Both the position numbers and the translations under genes were made by a program. DNA of 63,451 bases, counting the filler, from Choristocarpus tenellus KU-1152 (lineage: Eukaryota > Protista > Phaeophyceae), in NCBI GenBank assembly GCA_964200185.2. It is 10 parts of 10 records of this genome, joined end to end, with 100 filler letters (N's around TTAATTAATTAA, not from the genome) between each part and the next. Parts side by side here need not be neighbours in the genome. Positions count along the whole stretch, not along the records: positions 1 to 3,651 come from CAXNAD020018726.1; positions 3,752 to 13,298 come from CAXNAD020003589.1; 8 more parts are not named here. One strand, 5' to 3'. The notes under the pieces were generated by a model that was not told where the DNA came from, searched no databases, and saw only the letters and a program-made list of their open reading frames with translations. Of this stretch, positions 1-11,325 are shown piece by piece (the stretch's first letter is position 1; every line of letters starts with the position of its first letter).

Positions 1-832
1 AAAATTGACCCCAAATGGACAGCTGCTACCCCCTCCCAGATACTTTGAGTCACTTACACTAAGCAAACAATTGCAAGTTAACACTTATCCTCATGAACTC
101 TCTGAAGAATGTTTTTCACGAGTTGTTTGAGACTCTGGGCTATGCATACAGCATGGCAATATCCTTTACACAATCCAGTCATGTGCAGGGGGTGCTGATA
201 AATACTCCAGGCTCACGTTTGTTGATCAGAGTCCACTGTGATATTCAAGACTATGCCATGAACCAACAACAAAAAGTGCAAAGCAAGTGTGGCATACCTT
301 TGCACAAACATGTGCCTGACATATTCTGTGCTAAGTGGAATAAGAGGTCTGAGACCTTTGTTTGTTATCCCCTCCCTCTGTGTGAAACACCTCTCCCTTT
401 CAAGGACATTGTGGTGTGCACTTCAAACTGCCGTAGCCCACTTCCTCCAGCCTAGAATAAACTGAAACTGTCCAAAATTCTTTGTTTTTCAAGTGGTATG
501 ACTATACCTCTCCATTGGTATATTTGCCAACCCACGTCCTTAAAGGCTGAGTGATAAAGGGATAAAACCAGTATGACTTTCAATCTTAAGCTGGCCTTAC
601 TAGAATACCTTAGTCTATAGTCTATCAACTCTCCTTTGAAGGATAATGATCGGGAATTCTGACTCTCCGAGTGAGAACTGAGCTATAATTTTGATCAAGA
701 GATTTCTTTGCTTTTGAAGGCACAGAGAAAAAAACCACCAGTCTGGGCATGCCACTCCCTCTCCCTCTCCCTTGTACTCAATATTTCCTTGAGTTTCTCC
801 AAAGAGAAGACATAGACCATTTATGAACAAAC

Positions 833-2488
833 CTCGTGTCTGAAGTCATCATTGATCACCACCCATGATGTTCCAACATCTGGGTCAAACAACTGCTTTG
901 CCATGAACCCTGCTATGTGAGGGTATCCCACCTCCAGCTCGGAGTAGCTGGCCTTGGTGAAGTGCATTGCTTGCACATGGCTCTGAGCACGTACCTGTCA
1001 CAATTTTTGTGTTGTCATTCCAGTCATTGGGGGGGTTTTATTTCCACAACACATGCCATGTATTACGAGGTGGGAAATGTTGAGAGGGAGGAGAAAAGAA
1101 AGTGACACAGTGTGTATATGCTAGGGAGGGAGGAAGGGACCCAAGGGGAAGGATATTGGAATGAAGAATGCAGGGGCTCACCAAAATGTGAAGAAAAAAC
1201 CTGTGACGTGGAGTATCCACAGTAGCACCTTACAATATACTGTGCGATGTACACACTGCATCGAAATATTTGAAGGATCACAAGAAACAAAGCACAGCGT
1301 AACGATAAAGATCGCCACTGCTTTGCGCATGACAAAAAAGAGATGTAGTATATCCCATTTTAAACCAAATGACATTTTTTTTGCCCTGGAAATTTGTAGT
1401 GTCAAAACGATAAATAGTAGACCCAGTTCTTCCATGTCTCCTTGAATACGCGCACTGAGTTCCATACACTATACAACACTGTAGTATATTCACAGAAGAA
1501 AAAGAAAGAAAGAAGAGGGCAGTACTACATGGTAGAAGAAAATATGATAAAATAAGAGATATAGTGTGTAGGGTGACAACATAGGTGAGTGCTGACCTGT
1601 GCCAAGCCCCGGAAAGGCACATTCTCCGGAAGAAGAACCAGGATCTCTCCAAAATACTGTCCCTCTTTCAGAACCGTCTGCTCGTACTTGCTGCGTCCTT
1701 TTGCCAGTCGTACCTTGATAGGGTTGGCATTGGAAGGAATGGCATGGGAAGCCAGACACAGTGTTGGGACTAGCAATATCCCTATTTGGAGGGTGGAAGA
1801 AATGCTGGTATACTCTCTAGTGCTATGGAGTACCTAAGGCATTCCTACGGGAATATAGGAACGAGGAACAGAAAGCAGATCCAGCCCGCTGTCTGTTTCA
1901 GTAAGAAGGTCGATTTCGTCAACACACAGAATATATCGGCTTTTCTCAACCTCTAACATGGAATGTGATAACAGCCTTGTTCCTTTTTCGATCTGCCTAC
2001 CATGCGAGTGTCATCAATTGAAATCTCGGCATTACTTCAGTCCACCTGATTAGGGATTTTTGTTGTAGAAAACTGGTAGCAGGCTACAATTCGAAAGTGG
2101 CGATGATACACTCTTCAATAATTTAGCCTGTGCATAGCCTGTACACTCTGGGAGTATACAATTTGTCGCAACAAGCACTCATTCAAAGGAACACACTCAA
2201 AGGAGCAGGGTATACTAAAATAGATGGTTTCCATACCAATTTTTAAAAAACGAGTTCCAAATCGGTGTGGTTGGTACTCAGTAGTTTGTGAAAACTCTTC
2301 CTGGAGTATGAGTGTGAACAGAGCCAAACTCCTCTATGACAACTTGATCAGATTGATAGTACCTCAACTTCTCCTCGTACAAGGAAGGACATTTCCCTGA
2401 ACCCAACTCGAGGGGTCACAATGAGATCTCCACGTTCATAAGCTGCAGGCTTGAGCATTGGTATCATCAGGCGCACAAAACCTGTAAC
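833..2488 (-). CDS. Cyclic-nucleotide-binding-domain protein, probably the C-terminal region of a CNG/KCNH/HCN-like channel (partial, 3 exons)
   Basis: Exons 2363-2488, 1597-1713 and 833-994 are AG/GT bounded and phase 0. They join to VTGFVRLMIPMLKPAAYERGDLIVTPRVGFREMSFLVRGEVE|VRLAKGRSKYEQTVLKEGQYFGEILVLLPENVPFRGLAQ|VRAQSHVQAMHFTKASYSELEVGYPHIAGFMAKQL, a typical CNBD pattern (LKP..Y..GD.I, GEVEV, L.EG.YFGE, VRA, YP). No transmembrane exons were seen. Confidence 0.8.
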
Positions 2489-2891
2489 CTGGCAACATAT
2501 TCCCCAAAGTTTTGACAGTTGACAGTTGACATAATGGGATCATGGGAGAACGTAGCAGCAAGACAAATTAGAGACAAGGGCAGAAGATGTGAAGGAAAGG
2601 ACAGTTGGTCTGCAGTACTCTTGTTATGGCACTTGACTCTTGTGGTGAAAATCGGCACGCAGGCCAGGGTGGGGGGCATTTAGATTGCAGTCGGAATTTT
2701 CTTTTATTTAAAAGGGCATCAGAAACCAATCAATTGAGTACTCTGCACCAAACGTTGGATCTGCTCGCTCCTCTATAATGATATACATGTGCGTCACCCC
2801 TCAAATCGAGTCAGTCCATCCTCCCTTCTCCCCTCCCATGTGAAACTGCACCTGAAACAATGACTACAGAGCACTTCGAGCACATTACCCT

Positions 2892-3149
2892 GAGTGAAAG
2901 CATCTTAGAGGGTACGGGTTTTGCCCTGTTTGTCGATTTGGGGCTTGGCTTCCCATGGGTTCTTTCATGACATTTTCCTACTCCAAAATGTTTTGGAGTA
3001 CGTATAGTGTATATCTTATAAAAAGGTGTGTCCAGAACATGGATATTGACACTTCCTAACAAATACAATAGTCAAATTGTGTCAAAATCACAACATTGGA
3101 TATTGATCCCCAAATGGACGCAGCTCTACCCTCTAAGACACTTTGGCTC
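2892..3149 (-). mobile_element. MITE family B (~255 bp, Sola2-like termini), full copy
   Basis: TIRs GAGTGAAAG(T)ATCTTAGAGGGTA / TACCCTCTAAGA(T)ACTTTGGCTC; 4-bp TSD CCCT. Confidence 0.9.
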
Positions 3150-3651
3150 CCCTATGACTAAGAAACTACACTATTGGGTATGATTACTTGTATAGTCGCA
3201 AGGACTCTGCGGTACAAGAGTACTGGATTTTCGAAAAACAAAGAACTGAACAAACGAACCCCAGCACTTGTACCACAGTACCACTATTGAAACACTCCGT
3301 ATTATACTGCCCAGAACCCCATGCAATATGAAGATTCAACCTGGCGATGTGAACTGAAAGTTAAAGAAAGATTATTTATGAGTGTATAAGTTGAATTAAC
3401 TAAAACTTTTGATGTACTCAACCACGATGGAAATGCATGGATCCTCAGTGGACGACACACCCACCAGTCATTCACAAACAAACAAAAAATGTATATATCA
3501 CCCCTCAATTTTCGGTTTTGATTATTACCAGTATCAGTATCAAATGGTAGAGATTCAACCACTACGGTTCAATGAATCAAAGTACGATCAGACCCAAAGT
3601 ATCTGAGAGGGGGGGGGGGGGATCTACACCAAGGGGTCCATTTGGACCAAA

Positions 3652-3751
3652 NNNNNNNNNNNNNNNNNNNNNNNNNNNNNNNNNNNNNNNNNNNNTTAAT
3701 TAATTAANNNNNNNNNNNNNNNNNNNNNNNNNNNNNNNNNNNNNNNNNNNN
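3652..3751. other. Artificial contig linker (44N-TTAATTAATTAA-44N); same linker at 13299-13398, 17152-17251, 30215-30314, 36428-36527, 40783-40882, 43636-43735, 46320-46419, 58962-59061
   Basis: Identical 100-nt structure occurs nine times; the core places stop codons in all six frames. Confidence 0.97.
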
Positions 3752-3774
3752 CCCCCCAGATACTTTAACCCCTT

Positions 3775-4428
3775 GGCCCATTCCCATACAATCCAAAGTC
3801 ACCAAATGTAATTCCATGCTCTTTAGTACCCAACAGGTACGAGTGGGGATGTGTTTTTCAGAACCTGAGCCCTGTACAGATCCGGAACCCCTAACCCTCC
3901 CAACACCCTCGTAAGACTGTTGCCTCTTACCAGGAGGAGATCGACAGTATAAATTGACCTCTTCAACACCACCCTCATCGCTGTCATCATCCAGGACTGA
4001 CTCCACGCTATGTGTTGGAGCCATCCGAGATCCTGTTGATGTTTCGACCATTTCTTCCTCATCCGAATCTACATCCCCCACCTGCTCATAACCGATCCCA
4101 AGTCGCTATCTCCGACATCACTGTCATCACGTAATCGTGGATGGGAGACCTGGACACCCCTGTGCGCGTTTAGAGCACCGCTAAGTCCCCCGTCCTGTTC
4201 TTCCGCATACTCTCGTTCTGCCCGGAACCTAGCACAACATTTGAAGAGGAAATCTGCAAAGTGTTGCGCCATGTCGGGGTCGCGGCTCCCCTCCAGCATA
4301 GCACAAGCGACTACCGCCTCCTCCGCATGTACGGACGGGGAGGACAAGCCAGCGTTGAACGAACCCCTCAGCTTAGCCCATACGTCATCTGTGTCATGCA
4401 CCCCACAAATGATGTTGCCTTGCGCCAT
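3775..4428 (-). pseudogene. Intronless frameshifted orphan ORF with acidic low-complexity middle, likely TE/virus derived
   Basis: ORFs 4069-4428 and 3704-4081 overlap by a frameshift; GC-richer, coding-like; truncated by a MITE end and the contig start. Confidence 0.45.
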
Positions 4429-5018
4429 GACAACGCAGGCGGCAAGCCTCGAATCTGGAGCAGTGTGACGAATGGATGTCAGGAGGAGAGATGGTCACGT
4501 ATCTGGTGTGTGTTTGTTGTATGGGTTATGGGAACTCAAAAAAGCTAAAGTGGATTTTAAAACACGTACAATGGACCTTGAATCGGATTCGTTTGGGATT
4601 TTTTTATGGAAATGTGCAACATTCACAAACGACGCAAATGTATACGAGTTGAGTTGTGTTCTTCCCCTCTGCTATCGTACCATTTTCATGCGTGGTGCGG
4701 AATATGTTCACCATTTCATTTGACCTCTTACTGTTATTTACCATTTCATAAACGGAAAATGGGGTTGCGTGTCAATACACACCATGATACTTAATTTACA
4801 TGTGTCATATCTCGCATGTTTCACTGTAAAAAAATAAAATAAACTGTGATGCTTCTCGTGTGTATTAGGGTTAGGATTTAGGCTGCAACTCCTCAATTCG
4901 TGGTACACCATGCCAAAATTAACTAGTAAGAAAAATGGGAACTATCCTGCAAAAAGAATTATCATTTGTACTTGGCTGTAACCCCCCGCACATAGTGATG
5001 GTCCACATACATAAATCA

Positions 5019-5195
5019 GACCCAAAGAATCTGGGGGGGGGGAGGTCTACACCAGGGTGTCCATTTGGACCAAAATCAGGAAAAGTACATTTACATTATC
5101 CATCCGACGCATGCAACCAAATCACGCCAAAATCGCGACATGGAAAAATTGACCCCAAATGGACAGCCGCCACCCCCCCTCAGATAAATTGAGCC
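5019..5195 (+). mobile_element. MITE family A (~175 bp, G-run/C-run subterminal), full copy
   Basis: GACCCAAAG(T)ATCTGGGGG...CCCCCTCAGATA(CT)TTGAGCC; flanks TCA/TCA. Confidence 0.88.
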
Positions 5196-5443
5196 TCAAG
5201 TAAGAAGAATATTAGCAATCATCAATCAAATACTTAAATCAATATTCGGCCATAAATGTATTTTGGCCTACTCTCTGTGCATTAACTTCTCATCACATTG
5301 TACCTGATATTAAAGAATGTTAAGGGAACAATGCTTTTGTAGAATTTTGGAGGAGTTCTGACGGTTCTTGTTCATTAGCAAAGAAACAAAGAACTCATTG
5401 CTCCCCTATCGCTGGTCCCTTTATCATCTCATGAAACGTTTAT

Positions 5444-6570
5444 TTACACTTGCTCGCCTTCACCTCTTAAGCCGTTGGGCAGGGCAACTCCCTTGGAGCC
5501 TTGGATGATTTTGAGGAAAACATCACCCTCCTCCACATTCTTCAACAGTAACCTCCTTCCCACCTTGAAACATAGGGGTAGGGCGGACCTTTGAAGAGAA
5601 AAAGGATTATTTTTCATTCGGACGTAATTAGAGTTAGTACCAGAGTCTGAATACAGTCCAATTGAACGCGGATATTTCCTGTGTCTGGATTTGGTTAAGG
5701 ATGCCAACACACAAGAAAGTCGAGAGGGTAAACTGTTAACACTGTATAAATTACCTCCTCAGTATAGGATGTACGGTTCTTTTGCAGCCTCCTCAGTAGA
5801 GGGAGGGTTGGACCCCCCTGCCACGCTGGGGTCGATTCCGAGCTTATCTTTCTCCTTCAGCTCGTTCATCTTTCACACTGCGACCTCGAGAACGACCTGC
5901 TCGATGAAAAAGTCCCTCATGTGCATCCTCCGTGCGTATGCCATTCTCTGCTTTCTTGTCTGGAGGGGTAGTAGGTTCGGCTTGGGGTTGGAGGTACATT
6001 GGTCCCCTTCTCCCTTCTCGTCTTCAGTTCTTTTCTTCTTCCTTTAGAAGAGAGTTCTTTTCTTCTTGGTCTTGATGGCACATTGGTCTTTCTTAGCGCA
6101 TACACCCCTTAATGTAATGGAGAACTATGGCAAGGAAGTGCATACGGAGTGTCCAAGGACAGGAGTTGTATGTTGTGAGCGTTGAAGTTCTCATACATGT
6201 ACTTTGGATGATACTGTGAGAAGCGGTGTGATCGGTACCACTATACGCATCTATGTATAGGGTTAGAGACGATTCCTGTAAGAATCCGGGGCTTACCCAT
6301 TCTTGTGGAAAGGTTTCGTTTCCAACCACGTAGGACAGGGAGAGCGTGTCAGTTGACAAATTTTCAGCCGCCTTCTGCGCAAATATATATATCGAAAATA
6401 TGTATCAAATATATATATCAAATATATATGAGCAGCTGACTCCACGATGACGTTCCATTTACAGCCCTGAGGAGGTGTCCTCTCCAAGAATGAAAGGGAA
6501 TTTTAGCAGCATCCTATTACACCTTAGCACATTCGTGCAAAGTACTGCATCCTGGTCTTCTTCTGGACCT
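5444..6570 (-). pseudogene. Decayed spliced orphan gene
   Basis: Three exon-like blocks (~6296-6570, ~5753-6107, ~5444-5590) with GTAAGC/GTAATT donors and in-frame stops (e.g. RMAYARRMHMRDFFIEQVVLEVAV*KMNELKEKDKLG). Confidence 0.35.
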
Positions 6571-7641
6571 ACCTACACACAAGAAGGGACGAGGAAACAG
6601 TGTTTTCGGATAGAGGGAAATGATGTGGTGTAAGGACCGGATAACAAAACTAGTGAGGACATCGATAGTCGCCACCCGGTGTGAGATAGATATGGATGCC
6701 TCGTCATAAACATTGGACTGTACACTAACTATGGAATAGGCAACATCCATGGAACGCACGCATATATATATATATACACGCAAAGCAATCAATCACCAAC
6801 AAAGATCCTTAGTTCTCGTCCACGCTGTTTTAGTTTTCTCTTATCACAATCGATAGTACCTTGTGGTGTAGTTCACTAGTCTTCACTTGTCAATGATCGG
6901 GATTGGTCCGACCTCAGATACAAAAAAAAATTCAATGCTTTACATGGAGTATACTGAAGATACAAAGAAAAAAATGGATGCTCCCTGAAGATACGGAAAA
7001 GCGCGGGGCACGCTCCAATAGGAACAATTTCGTATGCCGAAAACATGTAACAAAATACCTATTGCCCTACTTCTTCCATATCGATCACCGTTGGTATTTT
7101 GTTACCAGGAATTGAATCTTATCCAGCAAATAGAATTGCTCCACAAAATTTGACCAGTCTATTTCTAGTAAGGCATTAGAACCTGGTAAAACTTGACAAA
7201 GACAGAAGGATTTGAAAACGATCAGATATGGTAATTCTTACCGAGAGTTGATGCACAAGATGACAACCCCTGTTGTGGCTGATCATACATCAACACACTC
7301 GCCCCACCTACCAGTAGCCTGTAGCTGTGGCTGAATCTGCCACTGTTCTTGAGGGAGTCCACGGCGGCATCACAGTTCGCATTCCAGAGCACGGTGAACG
7401 TATGTACAGCCCTAACCCTAACCCTAATCCTAAAATCGAACTTATCGTGTGTATCGGTTTATGCAACATTGAAAAAGAGAGGGCGACAACAGAGATGTTA
7501 TATAATCTGAGAATGGGAGTAGAGTTCGCCATACCCTTGGGTTACACCGTATCTGTCTAGATATCTGTCTGTATCGGGGTATCAACTCCACATGCAAAAA
7601 GGATACGACCCATCGTGGAAAGTAAAGCTGGCTTGGCTCAT

Positions 7642-7909
7642 GAGTCAAAGTATCTTAGGGTTAGGGTAGAGTCGCGTCCATTTGGGGGCCAAAATCCAAT
7701 GTTGCAATTCTGATGTAATCTTGGCTATCATTTTTGTTAGGCAATGTCAATATCTTTGTTTCGGACACTCCTTTTCATAACGCATACATTTTACCTACCC
7801 CAAAATATTCTGAGGTAGGTAAAAATGTCATAAAGAACATATGGGCAGTTAAGTTAAGCCCCAAATGGCCAAACAGGAAAAACTCGTACCTTCTAAGATA
7901 CTTTCACTC
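7642..7909 (+). mobile_element. MITE family B, full copy with TTAGGG insertion in left TIR
   Basis: GAGTCAAAGTATCTTAGGGTTAGGGTAGAG...TAAGATACTTTCACTC; flanks TCAT/TCAC. Confidence 0.9.
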
Positions 7910-7993
7910 TCACTGTAATCGGGGCAACGGCATTTCCAGCCAATAATTTTGGGGATTGTGATCTGTTTATCAGGGAATAAGTTGTTTCAATCG

Positions 7994-8231
7994 GAGTGAA
8001 AGTATCTTAGAGGGTACGAGTTTTGCCCTTTTTGTCCACTTGGGGATTGGCTTCCCATGGGTTCTTTTATGACATTTTCCTNNNNNNNNNNGATGTGAAA
8101 AGGGTGTGTTCGGAACACAGATATTGACACTTCCTAACAAACAAGATAGCAAGAATGACATCAAAATCGCAACATGGATTGTGGCTCCCAAATGGACGCG
8201 GCTCTACACTAACCCTAAGATACTTTGGCTC
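7994..8231 (-). mobile_element. MITE family B, copy with internal 10-N gap and telomere-like insertion in TIR
   Basis: Both TIRs present; flanks TCG/TCG. Confidence 0.88.
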
Positions 8232-8488
8232 TCGGTGTGTGCGATGGAGGGTCAATGGCGGCGCAGCTGCATTTCACCTACAGCGCGTTCTTAGTATTGT
8301 ATACTGGGTTGTTTTTACTGACATGCTTGAAATATACTGCACTTACATCATTAGTATCCCTCTTGAAATATATTGTGGTCCTGCCACACACCGCACAGAA
8401 CATTCTCGAACCCATCAGTTCCTTGTGGCAGAGTGGTGAGGTCGGCAAGAGAAGGAGTTGTGTCGTTCATTTACAATTCAGCGGTCGT

Positions 8489-9959
8489 TCAAGTCCACCA
8501 GAATACACAAGAGAAATCGTTCATATCTGATGTCGTAATTTTACCTCCATCTGCACAAATCTGCGCCAGAGACACGATGGGATTATAGAATTCGGCTGCT
8601 GTGCCAGGGCTGGCATACTTGAGACCACTCTCCAAGTTCGTATCGACCCATGCCTCCCTCAAAAATGCCATTATCTTGGCAGCAACAGTTTTCCTCACTG
8701 CTACATCGAACGCGGCTTCAATACCTCTGAAGTCGATTTGTCCCAGAGAGAGAGTACTGGTTACACAGCATGACCAGTGCCTTTCGCCTCTTCCTGTCGC
8801 TGTCGTTGCTCAGGTCCGGCGGAGTGCATGGGAGGGCCTCAGCACTTCCGAATTCTCTCTGAAATTCCTTCATTGCCCGCAACAAGAACGCCATACTGGG
8901 GAAGATGTCCACCATATTGGGGAAGATGTCCACCATATTGGGGATGTGGGATCCGCTCGTAAAACCGCGCCTTCTCCGGAAGAGATGGATTCTGCCTTCT
9001 CCCTGTTGCATTGCAGAAATATTTTCCACGCAAGCTAATTTTTGCAGCAGAGTCGTAGATGGCCGTTCACTCCCGAGGCCCAATCTCTGTCCATGAACCC
9101 GGGGACCTGGATGTTGAGCGGGAGAGCCTTCTCCTGGACTATATGGTCTTTAGCATCCTGAGCGGCAGAGCCTTCTCCTGGACTATATGGTCTTTAGCAT
9201 CCTGAGGAGCATTATTCGGTGCTGCTCGTGAAGGCAGTAGAATATTTTGTTTTGGTCGTTGAGGTTCCTTTTGATCCCCATCTTGTCGGTGGTCACGAAC
9301 CCACCTCTTATGTACCTCTTGAAAAGAGCATCCAAGGAAAGGCCGGTGAGAAGCCCGTATTCGTTTTATTCGTTCATGTATGAGCCAAAGTATCTTAGAG
9401 GGTACAACCGCGTCCTTTCGGGGGCCAAAATCCAATGATGCGATTTCGATGTGATTTTGGCTACCGTGTTTGTTAGGAAGTGTGTCTTTATCCTTGTTTC
9501 GGACACACCTTTTCATAAACGTACACTTTTTGCCTAGCACGAAATATTTTGGAGTATGAAAATGTCATAAGACCCTCGAGAGAAGTCAAGCCTCAAATGG
9601 ACAAACAGGGCAAAACTCGTACCCTAACCCTAAGATACTTTCACTCGTTTTTCTCTTAACTCCTCTTTCGTCTTCCAACGGGAGTAAATGGGAAAAGGCT
9701 AGGCACTAAGGATGGTCGAGACCTGCTCCACTGCCTGTTTAGGATCCCTCGTGAGGTCCTTAAGCATCGAGGCAGCTCTTTCCTTATCCAGCAGATTTGC
9801 GTTGAATTACTGCAATAGAAATCCAGAGCTGACCATGTAGAATGTTTTGCTCGCTCTTAGGGTAATGCAACCAATTTCTGTCATCCTCTGGTTCAACTCT
9901 TTGTTAGCAGATTCGGTCGCAATCCTTAATGCAATGTAGGATTTGGGAAATCATCGCAT
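8489..9959 (-). pseudogene. Decayed ~400-codon intronless orphan ORF interrupted by a MITE and tandem duplications
   Basis: ATG lies just downstream of (CCCTAA)4; FPKSYIALRIATESANKELNQRM...KEELRE[MITE]IHERIKR...QEKALPL; 43-bp duplication 9125-9205; 21-bp repeat 8897-8947; C-terminal AAFDVAVRKTVAAKIMAFLREAW. Confidence 0.5.
9382..9646 (+). mobile_element. MITE family B, full copy with CCCTAA insertion in right TIR, inserted in a decayed ORF
   Basis: Both TIRs present; flanks GTAT/GTTT. Confidence 0.9.
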
Positions 9960-9973
9960 CGAAGGTAAGGAGG

Positions 9974-9997
9974 TTAGGGTTAGGGTTAGGGTTAGGG
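9974..9997 (+). repeat. Interstitial telomeric tract (TTAGGG)4
   Basis: Direct reading; similar short tracts at 4866, 7410, 7655, 8209, 9622, 30514, 42372, 42559, 59314, 59420, 61621, 61679 and 62371. Confidence 0.9.
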
Positions 9998-10250
9998 GTC
10001 AGTCAGGTAGGTATGAAGCTGATATGTTCGCATGGTTGATTGTTGAAGGTTGTTAAGTAGGGAAGAAAATGAAACAAACAATGTCACAAGTGTTTAGTGA
10101 ACGAGCAGATTATTGAGTAGTTTGCCGAAGATGATGGGTGTGTGCGTGGACCGCGAAATGCATCATAGAAAGAATGCCTGTCTTACATGAAACATGAAAA
10201 GCGGATGAGAGGTAATTTCGAGGGCTTTGCATTGCGTCAACAGACCGTCT

Positions 10251-10470
10251 AACGACGGGATCTGAAAATTAGAAATAGTTGAGAATCGAAACTTGATTGA
10301 TTTATTTACTTCCAAATACATGCGGTTAGTGGAGATTTTTTTTCATTCAGGTCCCGTTGAAACGACGGGACCTGAAAATTAGAAATAATTGAGAAGCAAA
10401 ACTTGATTAATTCATTTACTTCCGAATGCATGTGGTTGGTGGGAATCCTTTTATTTTTGTTTGAAAAAAA
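10251..10470. repeat. 110-bp tandem repeat, 2 copies
   Basis: AACGACGGGA(T/C)CTGAAAATTAGAAATA at 10251 and 10361. Confidence 0.85.
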
Positions 10471-10494
10471 AAAAGTAGTGAAAAAGAAAATGTG

Positions 10495-11325
10495 GCGTGG
10501 GCAGTGAAGTGCTGAAGTGGTGGGTAATGAGGATTGGATATAGAGGAGAGTGGTTTCTTCTGTAGGTGAATATGAAAACGATGTCGAAACTTAGGAATGG
10601 GTGAGATGCAATACTCGAAAGAGATCGTTACTTTTGAATGCAAAAAAACACTGGGGATCATGTATTCCTTCTACAACAGGTTAACATATGCAACGAAGTG
10701 CTGCAGTGAGTGACTAGAATTGGCTACAGAGGAGAGTGGTTTCTTCTGTTGGTGAATCCCGAAACGATGTCAAAAATTCCGAATGGGTGAGATGCAATAC
10801 TTGAAAGAAACGATTACTTTTAAATGCAAAAATATGCTGGGGATCATGTATTTCTTCTACAACAGGTTAACATGGGCTGTGAAGTGCTGCAGTGAGTGAT
10901 GAGAAATGGCTACAGAGGAGAGTGGTTTCTTCTGTTGGTCAATCCTGAAACGATGTCAAAAATTCCGCATGGGTGAGATGCAATACTCGAAAGAAGTGAT
11001 TACTTTTGAATGCAAAAAACACTGGAGATGATGTATTCCTTCATCAACAATAGGTTATCACAGGCAGCGAAGTGCTGTAGTGAGTGACGAGAATTGGCTA
11101 CAGAGGAGAGTGGTTTCTTCTGTTGGTGAATCCTAAAATGATGTCCAAAATTTCGAATGGGTGAGATGCAATACTTGAAAGAAATGATTACTCTTTTCAA
11201 TGAAAAAATCGATGGGGTTTATCTATTCCCTTCCACAAAAACAGGCAACATGAGTGGCTAAGTGCTGCGGGAAGTGACGAGAATTGGCTACAGAGGAGAG
11301 TGGCTTCTTATGTACATCAACCCAA
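10495..11325. repeat. ~188-bp tandem satellite, ~4.4 copies
   Basis: Anchor (G)AAGTGCTG at 10506, 10695, 10881, 11069 and 11259 (periods 189, 186, 188, 190); shared AGAGGAGAGTGGTTTCTTCTGT and ATGGGTGAGATGCAATACT. Confidence 0.92.

Noticed and set aside
3696-3707. Recurrent TTAATTAATTAA palindrome as a biological motif
   Set aside because: Always centred between 44-N runs; it is an assembly linker.
7734-8294. Recurrent short ORFs such as LGSVNI..DTPF..YILPTPK as a gene family
   Set aside because: They are translations of MITE family B; starts and stops are not conserved.
10495-11325. CRISPR-like array
   Set aside because: Whole units are homologous with no unique spacers, there are no cas genes, and the context is eukaryotic.
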